From Candidatus Electrothrix yaqonensis (GTDB lineage Bacteria > Desulfobacterota > Desulfobulbia > Desulfobulbales > Desulfobulbaceae): DNA of 32,000 nucleotides. Position 1 is the stretch's first letter; each line of letters begins with the position of its first letter. Shown piece after piece: positions 19,810-28,236 of the stretch. Location: positions 1,440,001 through 1,472,000 of the forward strand of contig CP178758.1 in assembly GCA_047651235.1 (NCBI GenBank), read 5' to 3'. The notes beneath the pieces were generated by a model. It was not told the DNA's origin. It ran no database searches and worked only from the letters and a program-made list of their open reading frames with translations. The position numbers and the translations under genes are program-made.

Positions 19810-20103
19810 TTACCATTTACACCCAAACCGCACAGCAGCCAACCTCCGAGAAATCCGCGCACTGACCACCTCTCTAACACCAGCAACCCGAGCAAACTCC
19901 GGCCAACGTTCCACCGCAGTGGCAACCTCGTCAAGCATCATCTCCAGTTCTTTCTCCGCAACACCATACTGCCCTGCCAGTTCAACAACATGCCTGTACC
20001 CAGGAGCACGGCCTTCACCGGCAACGGTCATGCTGTGCTCGCCTCCGGGGCCGTCGGCAAAGGTGAGGTCATAGGCCGGAGCCGGACGCAAAAGGTTTTT
20101 CAC
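19810..20103 (-). pseudogene. HipA-family kinase C-terminal fragment
   Basis: The 97-aa ORF contains PAYDLTF...GEHSMTVAGEG...ELAGQYGV...VATAVERWPEFA, resembling the HipA C-terminal domain. The N-terminal kinase core is absent and no hipB is adjacent. Confidence 0.5.
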
Positions 20104-20397
20104 GGAAGCCTACCCTGTTGTCTCAAAGCGTTGTTCTCTGTTACAGCCGCTCAAAGAAATGAGTCATGGCATCCTTCTTTCGGGGGCGTATCAAAGTTCT
20201 GTTTACAGTGCGGTTCGGCATCCAGTGCAGCAGTTGGAGAAGAACCAGGACTCTGCTGCGTGTAAGGCCGTGGTGGCCGAGGAGTTGGAAAAGAGTGGAC
20301 CTGAATTCGTATAACAAGCACGCAACCTACCAAGATGACAAGGTGTTTCACGAGACTACAAATGAACTGCAAACACCAGAGTCTCGCCAAAAGATAC

Positions 20398-20504
20398 TAT
20401 AGCTGGAGCAGTATAAACTGAATACAGGATCAGCTATCTGAAAGGCGTGAAGGCAAAACTTATGCCTCTTGTGGGCATATTCAAATTATGTTGCTCCAGC
20501 TATA
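20398..20504. repeat. 107-bp MITE-like element, copy 2
   Basis: It is identical to 14558-14664 in the same orientation and abuts the broken 3' end of the Rpn-like gene. Confidence 0.85.
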
Positions 20505-20966
20505 GAGTTCCCGCTGCTCCTCGGAAAGTTGCAGCAGCTCCTGAGAGTGGAGACCTTTGAACGCTGTTGTCCCGTGATAAATATAATCGCTGCCGTGACC
20601 AAGATTGAAATAAAGTATATTTATAGAGATAACCGACTATCCCTGAAGACGGGACACTCTCGTTGAGATGTTCCGTTATGACCTTCGAGGTGCCGAACAG
20701 TATCCTCTGAAGATCATCGAATTCCCGTTCATACTGGACTTCGATGATGATAATCTCTTCCCGGTCGTTTTTGACTTTTAGGTCCACCCGGTTGAATTTA
20801 TCTTTCCTGTCCTCCTTGTTGCTTTCACTTTCGAGCAGCTCAAGAATGCTTATATTCTCTCTGAGGAGTTCACTGAGAAAGCCTTCAAGTATTTCGAAGT
20901 AGGCCTTTTGCTCCGCAGCAGCTTCTTCATGGCCCAGTCAAAGCTGATCAGTTTCCGTTTTGACAT
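20505..20966 (-). pseudogene. Rpn/YhgA-like PD-(D/E)XK nuclease (putative transposase) gene, frameshifted and 3'-truncated
   Basis: An ATG at 20964-20966 opens MSKRKLISFDWAMKKLLRSK. The family-typical blocks continue in other frames: (A)YFEILEGFLSELLRENISILELLESESN..DKFNRVDLKVKNDREEIIIIEVQ, then VISINILYFNLGHGSDYIYHGTTAFKGLHSQELLQLSEEQRELY. The frame breaks lie near 20900-20915 and 20630-20640, and the sequence ends at the MITE. Confidence 0.6.
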
Positions 20967-20985
20967 TTTTTTCAACTCGATATGT

Positions 20986-22209
20986 TCAATGGCTCTTTTG
21001 CATTATGCACTCTCTCCTGTACGTCCGCCGCACGGTGGAGATCAGTCCCTTGGGCCGGAAGATCATCATCGCCACTAGGGTGCCGCCGAAGACCAGCATC
21101 CGGTAATCAGCAAAAGCCCTCAGATACTCCGGCAACAACATCAGGACCAGGGCGGCGATGATCACCCCGACAATGGAACCCATGCCGCCGAGCACCACGA
21201 TGCAGAGGATGATGGCTGATTCCAGAAAGGTGAACGAGGCCGGATTGACAAAGGTGGTCTTGGCCGCAAAGATGACCCCGGCCATACCAGCCCAGAAGGC
21301 ACCCAGGGCAAAGGCGGTGAGCTTGGTCCGGGTCCGGTCGATGCCCATTGCCTGACAGGCGATCTCATCTTCCCGCAGGGCAAACCAGGCCCGGCCGATG
21401 CGGGAATTCTGCAGCCGGTTGACCACAAAGACAGTAAAGATAACCATTGCCAGTACCAGATAGTACAGATACATCATGGACTGTTTCAGGGACATGTCTA
21501 TACCGAAAAAACCGGGGCGAGGGATGTTGGAAATGCCACTGGGGCCGTGGGAGAATTCGCTCCAGTTTTCCAGAACCAGCCGGATAATCTCCCCGAACCC
21601 CAGGGTGACAATGGCTAGATAATCGCCCCGCAGGCGCAGCACCGGAAAACCTAACAGAATCCCGAAGACGGCAGCCAGCAGCCCGCCGATGGGCAGGGCC
21701 GTCCAGAAGCCGATGCCGAAATGGAGGTTGAGCAGGGCGTAGGAATAAGCCCCGACCGCGTAAAAAGCCACATAGCCCAGGTCCAGCAGCCCGGCCATGC
21801 CTACCACAATATTCAGGCCCAGCCCTAACATCACATACATCAAGGCGGTGATCATAATATTGATCTGATAGGTGGACAGAATATGCGGAAAGCTGCTGAA
21901 GGTTAACAGAACAAGGCCGATCAAGGGCAGAAAAAATTTCGGTTCGCTGAACAGCAGGTGCTGCCAGTTTCCGGACGATTTGTCGGGGGTTGCATGCTGC
22001 GGTTTCTTTTTTTGCCTGGCCGCTCTGATGTGCTGAAAAGCGCGGCCTGCCAGATACAGAACAAAGGCGGCTGCGGCAACATAAAACATGTTCTGCCAGC
22101 GCCAGACAACGGTTTTTTCGTACGGGTTTACCTTAATCACCATGATCGGGAAGGTGAGAAAGACGAACCAGAGGGCAACTAGCAATGCGTTTTTCAGGTG
22201 GGCTTTCAT
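20986..22209 (-). CDS. livM: Branched-chain amino acid ABC transporter permease (LivM type)
   Basis: This polytopic protein has the LivM-specific N-terminal extension and motifs GLLDLGYVAFYAVGAY, LRGDYLAIVTLGFGEI and FALREDEIA. The start could be 22209 (MKAHLKN) or 22266. Confidence 0.8.
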   Translation of the reverse strand: MKAHLKNALLVALWFVFLTFPIMVIKVNPYEKTVVWRWQNMFYVAAAAFVLYLAGRAFQHIRAARQKKKPQHATPDKSSGNWQHLLFSEPKFFLPLIGLVLLTFSSFPHILSTYQINIMITALMYVMLGLGLNIVVGMAGLLDLGYVAFYAVGAYSYALLNLHFGIGFWTALPIGGLLAAVFGILLGFPVLRLRGDYLAIVTLGFGEIIRLVLENWSEFSHGPSGISNIPRPGFFGIDMSLKQSMMYLYYLVLAMVIFTVFVVNRLQNSRIGRAWFALREDEIACQAMGIDRTRTKLTAFALGAFWAGMAGVIFAAKTTFVNPASFTFLESAIILCIVVLGGMGSIVGVIIAALVLMLLPEYLRAFADYRMLVFGGTLVAMMIFRPKGLISTVRRTYRRECIMQKSH

Positions 22210-22274
22210 CAGTTTTTTAAATTGTGTTGGAACGTACTGGTATAAGATCAGACTGATCTGGAGCAAACGAGCTG

Positions 22275-22901
22275 TCAGCCCAGTTCGATCTTTTTATCGC
22301 TCTTCAGATTCATTCTTTTTTCTGCGTCAAAGAAACCGTCTTTGGCTTGGACCGTATATTCTCCCTGCACCCGGCATTGCATTCGGCCGAGCCGGGCATC
22401 TTCATCCCGAATTCGGCGATAAAGCCGGTTCACCCGCTCGACCATCCCCTTTGCCTGCATTTCCACGGTCTGATACAGAGAACGCAGCTGTCTGCCGCAG
22501 GCTGTGAGCAGCTCACCGGCAAAGGCAAAATTGCTGATCTTCATGCCGCCCCGGTCTGCCTGCAGGAAAATTTTCCGCGTCAGCAGGTTGATACCGTAGC
22601 GGCCTTCAAAGGATAGATTACCTTCGCCTTTGATCTGCAGGTCGCCGTCCACAGAGACCATTGCCGATTGCCCCGCCTTTCTTTCCAGCACCGTCAGAAT
22701 ACTGATATGACCAAAGCCGTCTTCCGAAATCAGCACCAAATCATCCTGTTCCGGCTGAAGCAGGCAGCCTGCAGCACGCTCGGCCCGCATCAGGCTGAAA
22801 GAGTCAGCGACAAAATAGATGGTCCCGCTGATGCGCTGCACCAGAGCACTGCGCAGGCGGACATCGCTTGTCTTTTCGTGAAAAGGAATGGCCGTTTTCA
22901 T
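22275..22901 (-). CDS. DUF3540-like protein, paralog b
   Basis: The 208-aa ORF shares AAGCLLxPExDDxVL, LxADRG, RLYRRIRxExxRL and a C-terminal IELG with the ORF at 28304-28924. These blocks match my recollection of the DUF3540 family. Confidence 0.6.
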   Translation of the reverse strand: MKTAIPFHEKTSDVRLRSALVQRISGTIYFVADSFSLMRAERAAGCLLQPEQDDLVLISEDGFGHISILTVLERKAGQSAMVSVDGDLQIKGEGNLSFEGRYGINLLTRKIFLQADRGGMKISNFAFAGELLTACGRQLRSLYQTVEMQAKGMVERVNRLYRRIRDEDARLGRMQCRVQGEYTVQAKDGFFDAEKRMNLKSDKKIELG

Positions 22902-22922
22902 TGATTCGAAATCATTTCGATC

Positions 22923-23327
22923 TCACCGCCGGAGCAGCACCTTTTCCTGACTCGGCACGGTGCAGCTCCCGGTGCAGTTCGGGCAAGTGCCGTTCTGACC
23001 GGTGCTGCTGCCGAGAGCCACAGCCGGTGCTCCTTCGATAAGCACCGCATTGCTGCCGGACAGGAAACAGGCCGGTCCCCGGAAAACCCCGGAAGCCACT
23101 CCGCCTGCGGTACCGGCCTCGTTGCCGTTGCTCTGGGCAATGGTGGTGTTGAGATGGAGCGCGTTCATCCCGTTGACAAAGACCTTGGATGAAAACGAGC
23201 CAGACGCGGCAAGGCAGCATTCTGCCGTGTTGGTATAGGGAACCGGCAGGACACCGCCCGGCCCCGGTGTTTTGCAGACATCCGGGAAACCTGTGCATTT
23301 GCCGCCTTCAAGGGTGTTGATAAACAT
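22923..23327 (-). CDS. DUF4150 (PAAR-like) domain protein, short form without a toxin extension
   Basis: The sequence is MFINTLEGGKCTGFPDVCKTPGPGGVLPVPYTNTA...SNGNEAGTAGGVASG...GSNAVLIEGAPAV...PSQEKVLL. The FPDVCKTP, PxPYxN, GDEAG-like and PSQxKV blocks are DUF4150 hallmarks. The ATG at 23325-23327 has a GAGGTA Shine-Dalgarno. Confidence 0.8.
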   Translation of the reverse strand: MFINTLEGGKCTGFPDVCKTPGPGGVLPVPYTNTAECCLAASGSFSSKVFVNGMNALHLNTTIAQSNGNEAGTAGGVASGVFRGPACFLSGSNAVLIEGAPAVALGSSTGQNGTCPNCTGSCTVPSQEKVLLRR

Positions 23328-23417
23328 AATTACCTCATCTATGATGCCTGGAATAAGGCGATTCGTAGCAGAGTGAGCACAGCACATTCCTTTGCCGTAT
23401 CTGTCCGATATTGCACT

Positions 23418-24026
23418 TCAGCTCCATTGTTCCTGCTCAACCAAATCCGCAAGGTACTCTAAAGCTCCATATAATTCCTGCATGTTGTCAATCGTGTAGC
23501 TTCTTTCGTTTTTCGTAAATAAATCTTCAAGTAACCGTCCGAACTGCCACAGGTTCCCGTCGGTGACCACTCCGTAGACCGGTTTGTCCGGACTGTTATT
23601 GATCTTTTGTGATGCCACCAGCTCCGCTAAACATTGTCCCCAGCCTTGCTCAAAATCATTTTTTTTGGCTTCGACAACGATAACAATAGGGGTTTCAAGG
23701 ACGGTTTTTCCCAGCGGGGATTTTCTGGAAAAGATATAATCCGGCGTACCGGATAAGACATCATCAAAAGAGATCGTTTTTTGTATCCAGAAGGAGTAGT
23801 TTTTACTATGATTTTTGTATACCTCTCGTAATAAAGGAGATATTATAAGCTCGCTGCGGGAGGCTTCAGATGAAAAAATATCTATATTTTCCTTGTTGAA
23901 TTTAAATTCGTTGATAAAAAAATGAGGAAGCGGTGTATCTGTTGATGAGATAAACGTTCCTTCCTCATATCTGATGTTATAGAGTTTCTGCACATCAGCA
24001 ACATTTTTAAATTGGCTGAATGACAT
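23418..24026 (-). CDS. PD-(D/E)XK nuclease-like protein (type I restriction HsdR N-terminal-domain-like fold)
   Basis: The 202-aa ORF starts at the ATG at 24024-24026, behind a GGGAGA Shine-Dalgarno. It has the catalytic-type motif GTPDYIF...PIVIVVEAKK..QGWGQC followed by VYGVVTDGNLWQF. The gene is strongly AT-rich relative to its flanks. Confidence 0.55.
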   Translation of the reverse strand: MSFSQFKNVADVQKLYNIRYEEGTFISSTDTPLPHFFINEFKFNKENIDIFSSEASRSELIISPLLREVYKNHSKNYSFWIQKTISFDDVLSGTPDYIFSRKSPLGKTVLETPIVIVVEAKKNDFEQGWGQCLAELVASQKINNSPDKPVYGVVTDGNLWQFGRLLEDLFTKNERSYTIDNMQELYGALEYLADLVEQEQWS

Positions 24027-24044
24027 TCGAGATATCTCCCTGGA

Positions 24045-24157
24045 TATTTGGTGTAGGGAACCACAGGACACTGCTTAGCCCCGGTGTTTTCAGACATCTG
24101 GAAACTTGATGTGTCATCGTGACGGACCAGGCCGATGTTGTACCGGTACTTTCTCAC
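24045..24157 (-). pseudogene. Decayed 5' fragment of a second DUF4150 (PAAR-like) gene
   Basis: A GTG at 24155-24157 opens MRKYRYNIGLVRHDDTSSF. The stretch 24045-24108 then aligns by eye to 23229-23294 (FPDVCKTPG..VLPVPYT) with two 1-nt deletions. Similarity stops exactly where the AT-rich PD-(D/E)XK cassette begins. Confidence 0.5.
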
Positions 24158-24228
24158 AAGAAATGAGATGACTCAAACCCCGCCGTTGCCGGTGGAACCA
24201 AGCGCAGTGGCTATCAGCAACCCAACTG

Positions 24229-26364
24229 CTACCTAATTATATCGCATGTGCTGCCATTACAGAAGCCCACTGCACATTCGTTGTTAGACTCGCAGCTTCC
24301 CCCATATGGTACCAAACATTCTCCTTGTTCTTCTTTGCAGATAAGACGTTCCGCGCAGTAAGAGTCACCAAAACAGGAACTCCCTATATCACCAAGGCAT
24401 TTACCGCTCTCGCAAATCAACCTCTGTATACAGTGACTATTTTCTAAACAGCCACCAAATCGGCCAGCTCTGCACGTCCCATCCTGACAAACAAGCTCGT
24501 CTTGGCAATCAGAGTATGATTTGCAGCTATCTCCGGGGCTACCCGGATTGTTTCCCTCCGGCCCAGGCGTTATCACACCTATATTCGGGGGCAAAGATGG
24601 CCAATTATCTGGAGGTGTGCCTTCTACACAGTGGCCCGGAGTAACTGCACAGATTACGTTGCACAAGATGTTGCGGCAATTGTCGCACCCCTCTGCTGGC
24701 CCAAAGTAATAACCTTCTTCAGGACATTTCGTGGCGGGATCTATCTCAACCGGTTGCGCTGCATTTGCGGCATGGGTGAGGAATGCAACCATGGCCCCGA
24801 CGCTTTGCTCAAGAGCAGCTTCCGTTGGATCAAAAAATGCTGTGCCATTACCCTGCACGGATTCAATTGATTCATCCTTATAATCCTCAAATGGACACCA
24901 GCCGAAAACGCATACCATGTCCCCCAATAAGTAGTCTCCCGATCCAGAGTCATCGAATATAGCATCTCCACCGTTTTTATAGTATTGCCAGCTTTTTTGG
25001 GCAACATTAGTAACTAATCGTTCTACAGAGAGCGGATCGTCTGATTCGGTAGTAACCCACCAGTGATAACTTTCCTCTAAGATACGCCGCTCTTGCTGAA
25101 AATCTACCTCGTCTACCTCTCTAGGATCAGGAGATATTCTTATAAGTTTTGTCCGTAAGTTATTAACTGCGTCTTCGAACGGTCTGTGCCCCCAGCTCGT
25201 TGTACTGGACAGATGCTGCGGCTGCGAGGCATCAGCAAGCGCATGTAATGGCCAGCCCAAAGCTGATGCTCCTGTCGGATCTATCAGGTATTTTTTGCTC
25301 CATCCCCATTCTCCGAGATTATCTACCGGATGAAATTCAATTTCTCCGATATTCTTCCAGCCAGACCATTCATTAGGGGTACGATGTGTAGTGCTGGCTA
25401 CTTCATAGCGAACACCATCACTTCTCGTGGCATCAAGTGTTAACCCTAAATCTCCTAAGAGAAGAATAGATTTGTCAACTACCCCAGGTTCTCCATACGG
25501 TCCAGCCTGTTCATATAGCATCCCGCGAATATCGTTATACTCACCATCCTGAGTGCGCATATTTATAAAATGCCAAAGTCCTACATAGGCTGAGTCTTGA
25601 ATTGTACCAACTCCGGGAAGAGTGATACCAACAGCTTCAAATGGATTTGCAGTCGAATCTGAAGGCACATACCATTCTCCTATGCTACACAAATCTCCAG
25701 AGAAAAGTTTAGCAATACATTTTATCAACGTCACTGCCGCCATGCCTTGTGGACCACCGGCTAATAACGCAAGGAGTGTGGTTTCATCTGGAAGTGGAAT
25801 ATCAAACAAATTTGAAGACGTTGGACGCCAGAACAGTGTTGTATCATTTAATTGTTCATCCACCTGCCCTGCATGCCAACCAAGCACGGAACCAAGTACA
25901 TCAGACTGCTTCGGATTCGGAAATTTTGGATCATCAAGACACCATGGATCATTATGAAGACACTTCATGCCGCAGGGTAGCTGATAGTTACACGTAAGGG
26001 TATAACGGAGATCTGCGATCCGCATTTGACCTATGTTGGCAAGGTTATCATAGGGATCGTAGTGGCACTGAGTGTTATCTCCAAGTACAGGAGGCAGATC
26101 TGTTCGGATTTTTTCCAGTTGCGCGCGCGCTCCTCGCAACTCATCAATATACGCATTCCACTCGCTTTCCAACACTCCAGAAGGAGGCGAAATATCCAGT
26201 AAAGGCTCTCCATTTTGCACGTCGAGCATAACTTGAGCCGCAGCTTTGACCAAATAGGAGTGTGTTTGCCAATTGTGGGCTAATGTTGTCCCGCCTGAAA
26301 TTAACAACCATGCTCCTGCAATCATTCCACCCAAAAAAAACTTTTTTTCTTTTGTCATTTTCAT
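24229..26364 (-). CDS. Secreted zinc-dependent phospholipase C / S1-P1 nuclease-superfamily-like protein with C-terminal Cys-rich repeats
   Basis: The 711-aa protein has a Sec-type signal peptide (KEKKFFLGGMIAGAWLLISGGTTLA), followed by HNWQTH. PLHALADASQPQHLSSTTSWGHRPFE gives H-x3-D-x5-H...H-x3-E spacing, as in the Zn ligands of this superfamily. The C-terminus has four tandem C-x5-C-x4/5-C-x4/6-C units. Confidence 0.5.
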   Translation of the reverse strand: MKMTKEKKFFLGGMIAGAWLLISGGTTLAHNWQTHSYLVKAAAQVMLDVQNGEPLLDISPPSGVLESEWNAYIDELRGARAQLEKIRTDLPPVLGDNTQCHYDPYDNLANIGQMRIADLRYTLTCNYQLPCGMKCLHNDPWCLDDPKFPNPKQSDVLGSVLGWHAGQVDEQLNDTTLFWRPTSSNLFDIPLPDETTLLALLAGGPQGMAAVTLIKCIAKLFSGDLCSIGEWYVPSDSTANPFEAVGITLPGVGTIQDSAYVGLWHFINMRTQDGEYNDIRGMLYEQAGPYGEPGVVDKSILLLGDLGLTLDATRSDGVRYEVASTTHRTPNEWSGWKNIGEIEFHPVDNLGEWGWSKKYLIDPTGASALGWPLHALADASQPQHLSSTTSWGHRPFEDAVNNLRTKLIRISPDPREVDEVDFQQERRILEESYHWWVTTESDDPLSVERLVTNVAQKSWQYYKNGGDAIFDDSGSGDYLLGDMVCVFGWCPFEDYKDESIESVQGNGTAFFDPTEAALEQSVGAMVAFLTHAANAAQPVEIDPATKCPEEGYYFGPAEGCDNCRNILCNVICAVTPGHCVEGTPPDNWPSLPPNIGVITPGPEGNNPGSPGDSCKSYSDCQDELVCQDGTCRAGRFGGCLENSHCIQRLICESGKCLGDIGSSCFGDSYCAERLICKEEQGECLVPYGGSCESNNECAVGFCNGSTCDIIR

Positions 26365-26379
26365 CAGTCAATCCTCAAA

Positions 26380-28236
26380 TTACGGCCAATAATCTACACA
26401 ATCAAAACCCAAGGCCCAACAATCACGTCTGGTTGTGACCATCCAGTCGCTCCACGGCCCCATTTGACCTGAAGCTGCTACTACACGAATCCTCCATCGT
26501 GCCTTGAATTTTTTCGGCATGCTGCCTATCAAACCACGCCCGCCGGGGTCACTAGGTTGAGGGTTGAACTGGAGAAATTCAATCGGAACTCTTCCAAGAT
26601 TGGTTGAGTCCAGAAGAAATGGAACGCTTTCAGATTCTTCGAAGACTGCCTGATAACGGTCAACAACCTGCCGGTCACCATCAAGGGCCTCTACCTCAAA
26701 ATGATACCAGACTGGACAGCCTTCCGGTTGACCGACGGTCCTCCCCACAACCATATAAGGACCTTTTTCAGGTTCATTAAGCCAGAAAAATGCGCCTCGG
26801 GTAGGTTGCACTGGTGCTGGAGCGTTGGCACAAGTAGGATTGAAGACTATAGCGACTTTTTTCAAATATTCTCTGACAATTTCATCATCCGGATCTGGCT
26901 CTGCAACGATTGCGCATCCACTGTCATCTACCACTGAAGGATAATGTGTACCTGGACATTGATCATCAGAATTCGATATGCCATCATTATCGTCATCGGG
27001 ACTGGTGTTGTTACAAGCAGCTATCCGCATCTCCTCATTTGCAGCAAATTCGCGTGACAAGCGACTGCGATCCCGTACGATTGCCATGTAATCACCGAGA
27101 TTGATTTCTCCAAGTACCATCTGTGCAGCAGCAGCAGTACGATCTACAGAAATTCGAGCCTGTAGTGTCGCTTCGCACCACGGAATACCGAGTGCAGTAC
27201 AGTAACGTAAAGTATCCCGTTGTAAAGCTACTTCTTTTTCTATGCCAGACAAGTCATTATGCGGACGAATCGACCAGGTGCATGTTTGTAAATCCTTCGG
27301 AGGAGCAACCGTAAACAGAGGCAGGGCGGGTTTGAATGACACTGTTGCGTCCCGACCGACAGTAACTTTTTTACCGAAAAGTGCACCGGTGAATGTTGTA
27401 TCCCGCTTGATAACCAGAGGAGCATTCGGTGCCACCACAGTGCCGGTAAACGATGATCCCGTATCAAAAGTAATGCCTCGCTCTCCCGGAGCGACAATCA
27501 AGAGATCATTTATTCCCCGAATGCTTACAACAGAACTTTTCTTTCCGACCGTAAAGGCATGAAGTATGTTAATGATAACAGATCCCCGATCAGGATCGAA
27601 CTCAAGCCGTGCCTCTGGGCGGAGCTTGAGGGTGGCAACATAGTACACACCACTGGTCAGTTTTAATGTCGCATTTTCCTCAACAAAAATATCATGGTAC
27701 TGGCCCGGAGGCAGTAATCGGGTTTTATGCTGCTTAATCCGAACATCCTCTGCAGCTGTTTCAGGAAAACTTACATTCCAGACAAGAGATTCAAATGGCG
27801 TGAGTTCCTCATGCTCCTCAACCCCCTGATCCGCTACAGCCAATGGTCGCGCTAGGACGTGGGCACCAGATTTCACTGAACCTGCGGCATGGGAAAGTGA
27901 CCCGAGTGTTACTGGTGCTACGCTCGTTAACGTCCCTATTTCTGCTTTCTTTCCAACTACGCTTTTATCATAACCTGTGTTTACAATCAGAGTCGGCTTT
28001 CCGCTTTCGCAAGTAATACTGACCTGAGGACGAATAACCAATGCACTATCAGCTGCTATGGCTACATCAAGTGGGCTTACTCCCGCAGGAGTCTTAATTT
28101 CAATTTTAAAATCCGCTGCAACCTGCTGTGTTGCCTTCCCCGTCACCTCATTTGGTCCGACCGCCCAAAAAAGCAGCAAAGGTACATGCATCAGTGAAAG
28201 AAGAATTCTAAATCCCTTTGGTCTTTTTTTAATCAT
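26380..28236 (-). CDS. Secreted protein of unknown function with a beta-helix-like region and one thrombospondin type-3 Ca-binding repeat
   Basis: The 618-aa protein has the signal peptide MIKKRPKGFRILLSLMHVPLLLFWAV. A repetitive beta-strand region reads LPPGQYHDIFVEENATLKLTSGVYYV...FTGTVVAPNAPLVIKRDTTFTGALFGKKVTV. DDDNDGISNSDDQCPGT matches DxDxDGxxDxxDxCP. A GGAGAA Shine-Dalgarno is present, and the gene ends 15 nt before the next gene. Confidence 0.5.
   Translation of the reverse strand: MIKKRPKGFRILLSLMHVPLLLFWAVGPNEVTGKATQQVAADFKIEIKTPAGVSPLDVAIAADSALVIRPQVSITCESGKPTLIVNTGYDKSVVGKKAEIGTLTSVAPVTLGSLSHAAGSVKSGAHVLARPLAVADQGVEEHEELTPFESLVWNVSFPETAAEDVRIKQHKTRLLPPGQYHDIFVEENATLKLTSGVYYVATLKLRPEARLEFDPDRGSVIINILHAFTVGKKSSVVSIRGINDLLIVAPGERGITFDTGSSFTGTVVAPNAPLVIKRDTTFTGALFGKKVTVGRDATVSFKPALPLFTVAPPKDLQTCTWSIRPHNDLSGIEKEVALQRDTLRYCTALGIPWCEATLQARISVDRTAAAAQMVLGEINLGDYMAIVRDRSRLSREFAANEEMRIAACNNTSPDDDNDGISNSDDQCPGTHYPSVVDDSGCAIVAEPDPDDEIVREYLKKVAIVFNPTCANAPAPVQPTRGAFFWLNEPEKGPYMVVGRTVGQPEGCPVWYHFEVEALDGDRQVVDRYQAVFEESESVPFLLDSTNLGRVPIEFLQFNPQPSDPGGRGLIGSMPKKFKARWRIRVVAASGQMGPWSDWMVTTRRDCWALGFDCVDYWP

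Noticed and set aside
20159-20314. 51-codon plus-strand ORF (MSHGILLSGAYQSS...) next to the HipA fragment, considered as a possible antitoxin
   Set aside because: It has no HTH or HipB-like motif, it is on the opposite strand to the HipA fragment, and it is too short to support.
14558-20504. Interpreting the two 107-bp repeats as attL/attR of an integrated island
   Set aside because: Each repeat has its own terminal inverted repeats, which is the structure of an autonomous small element. No integrase lies inside, the interior includes the housekeeping gene folK, and the two outer flanks are unrelated broken genes rather than halves of one target.
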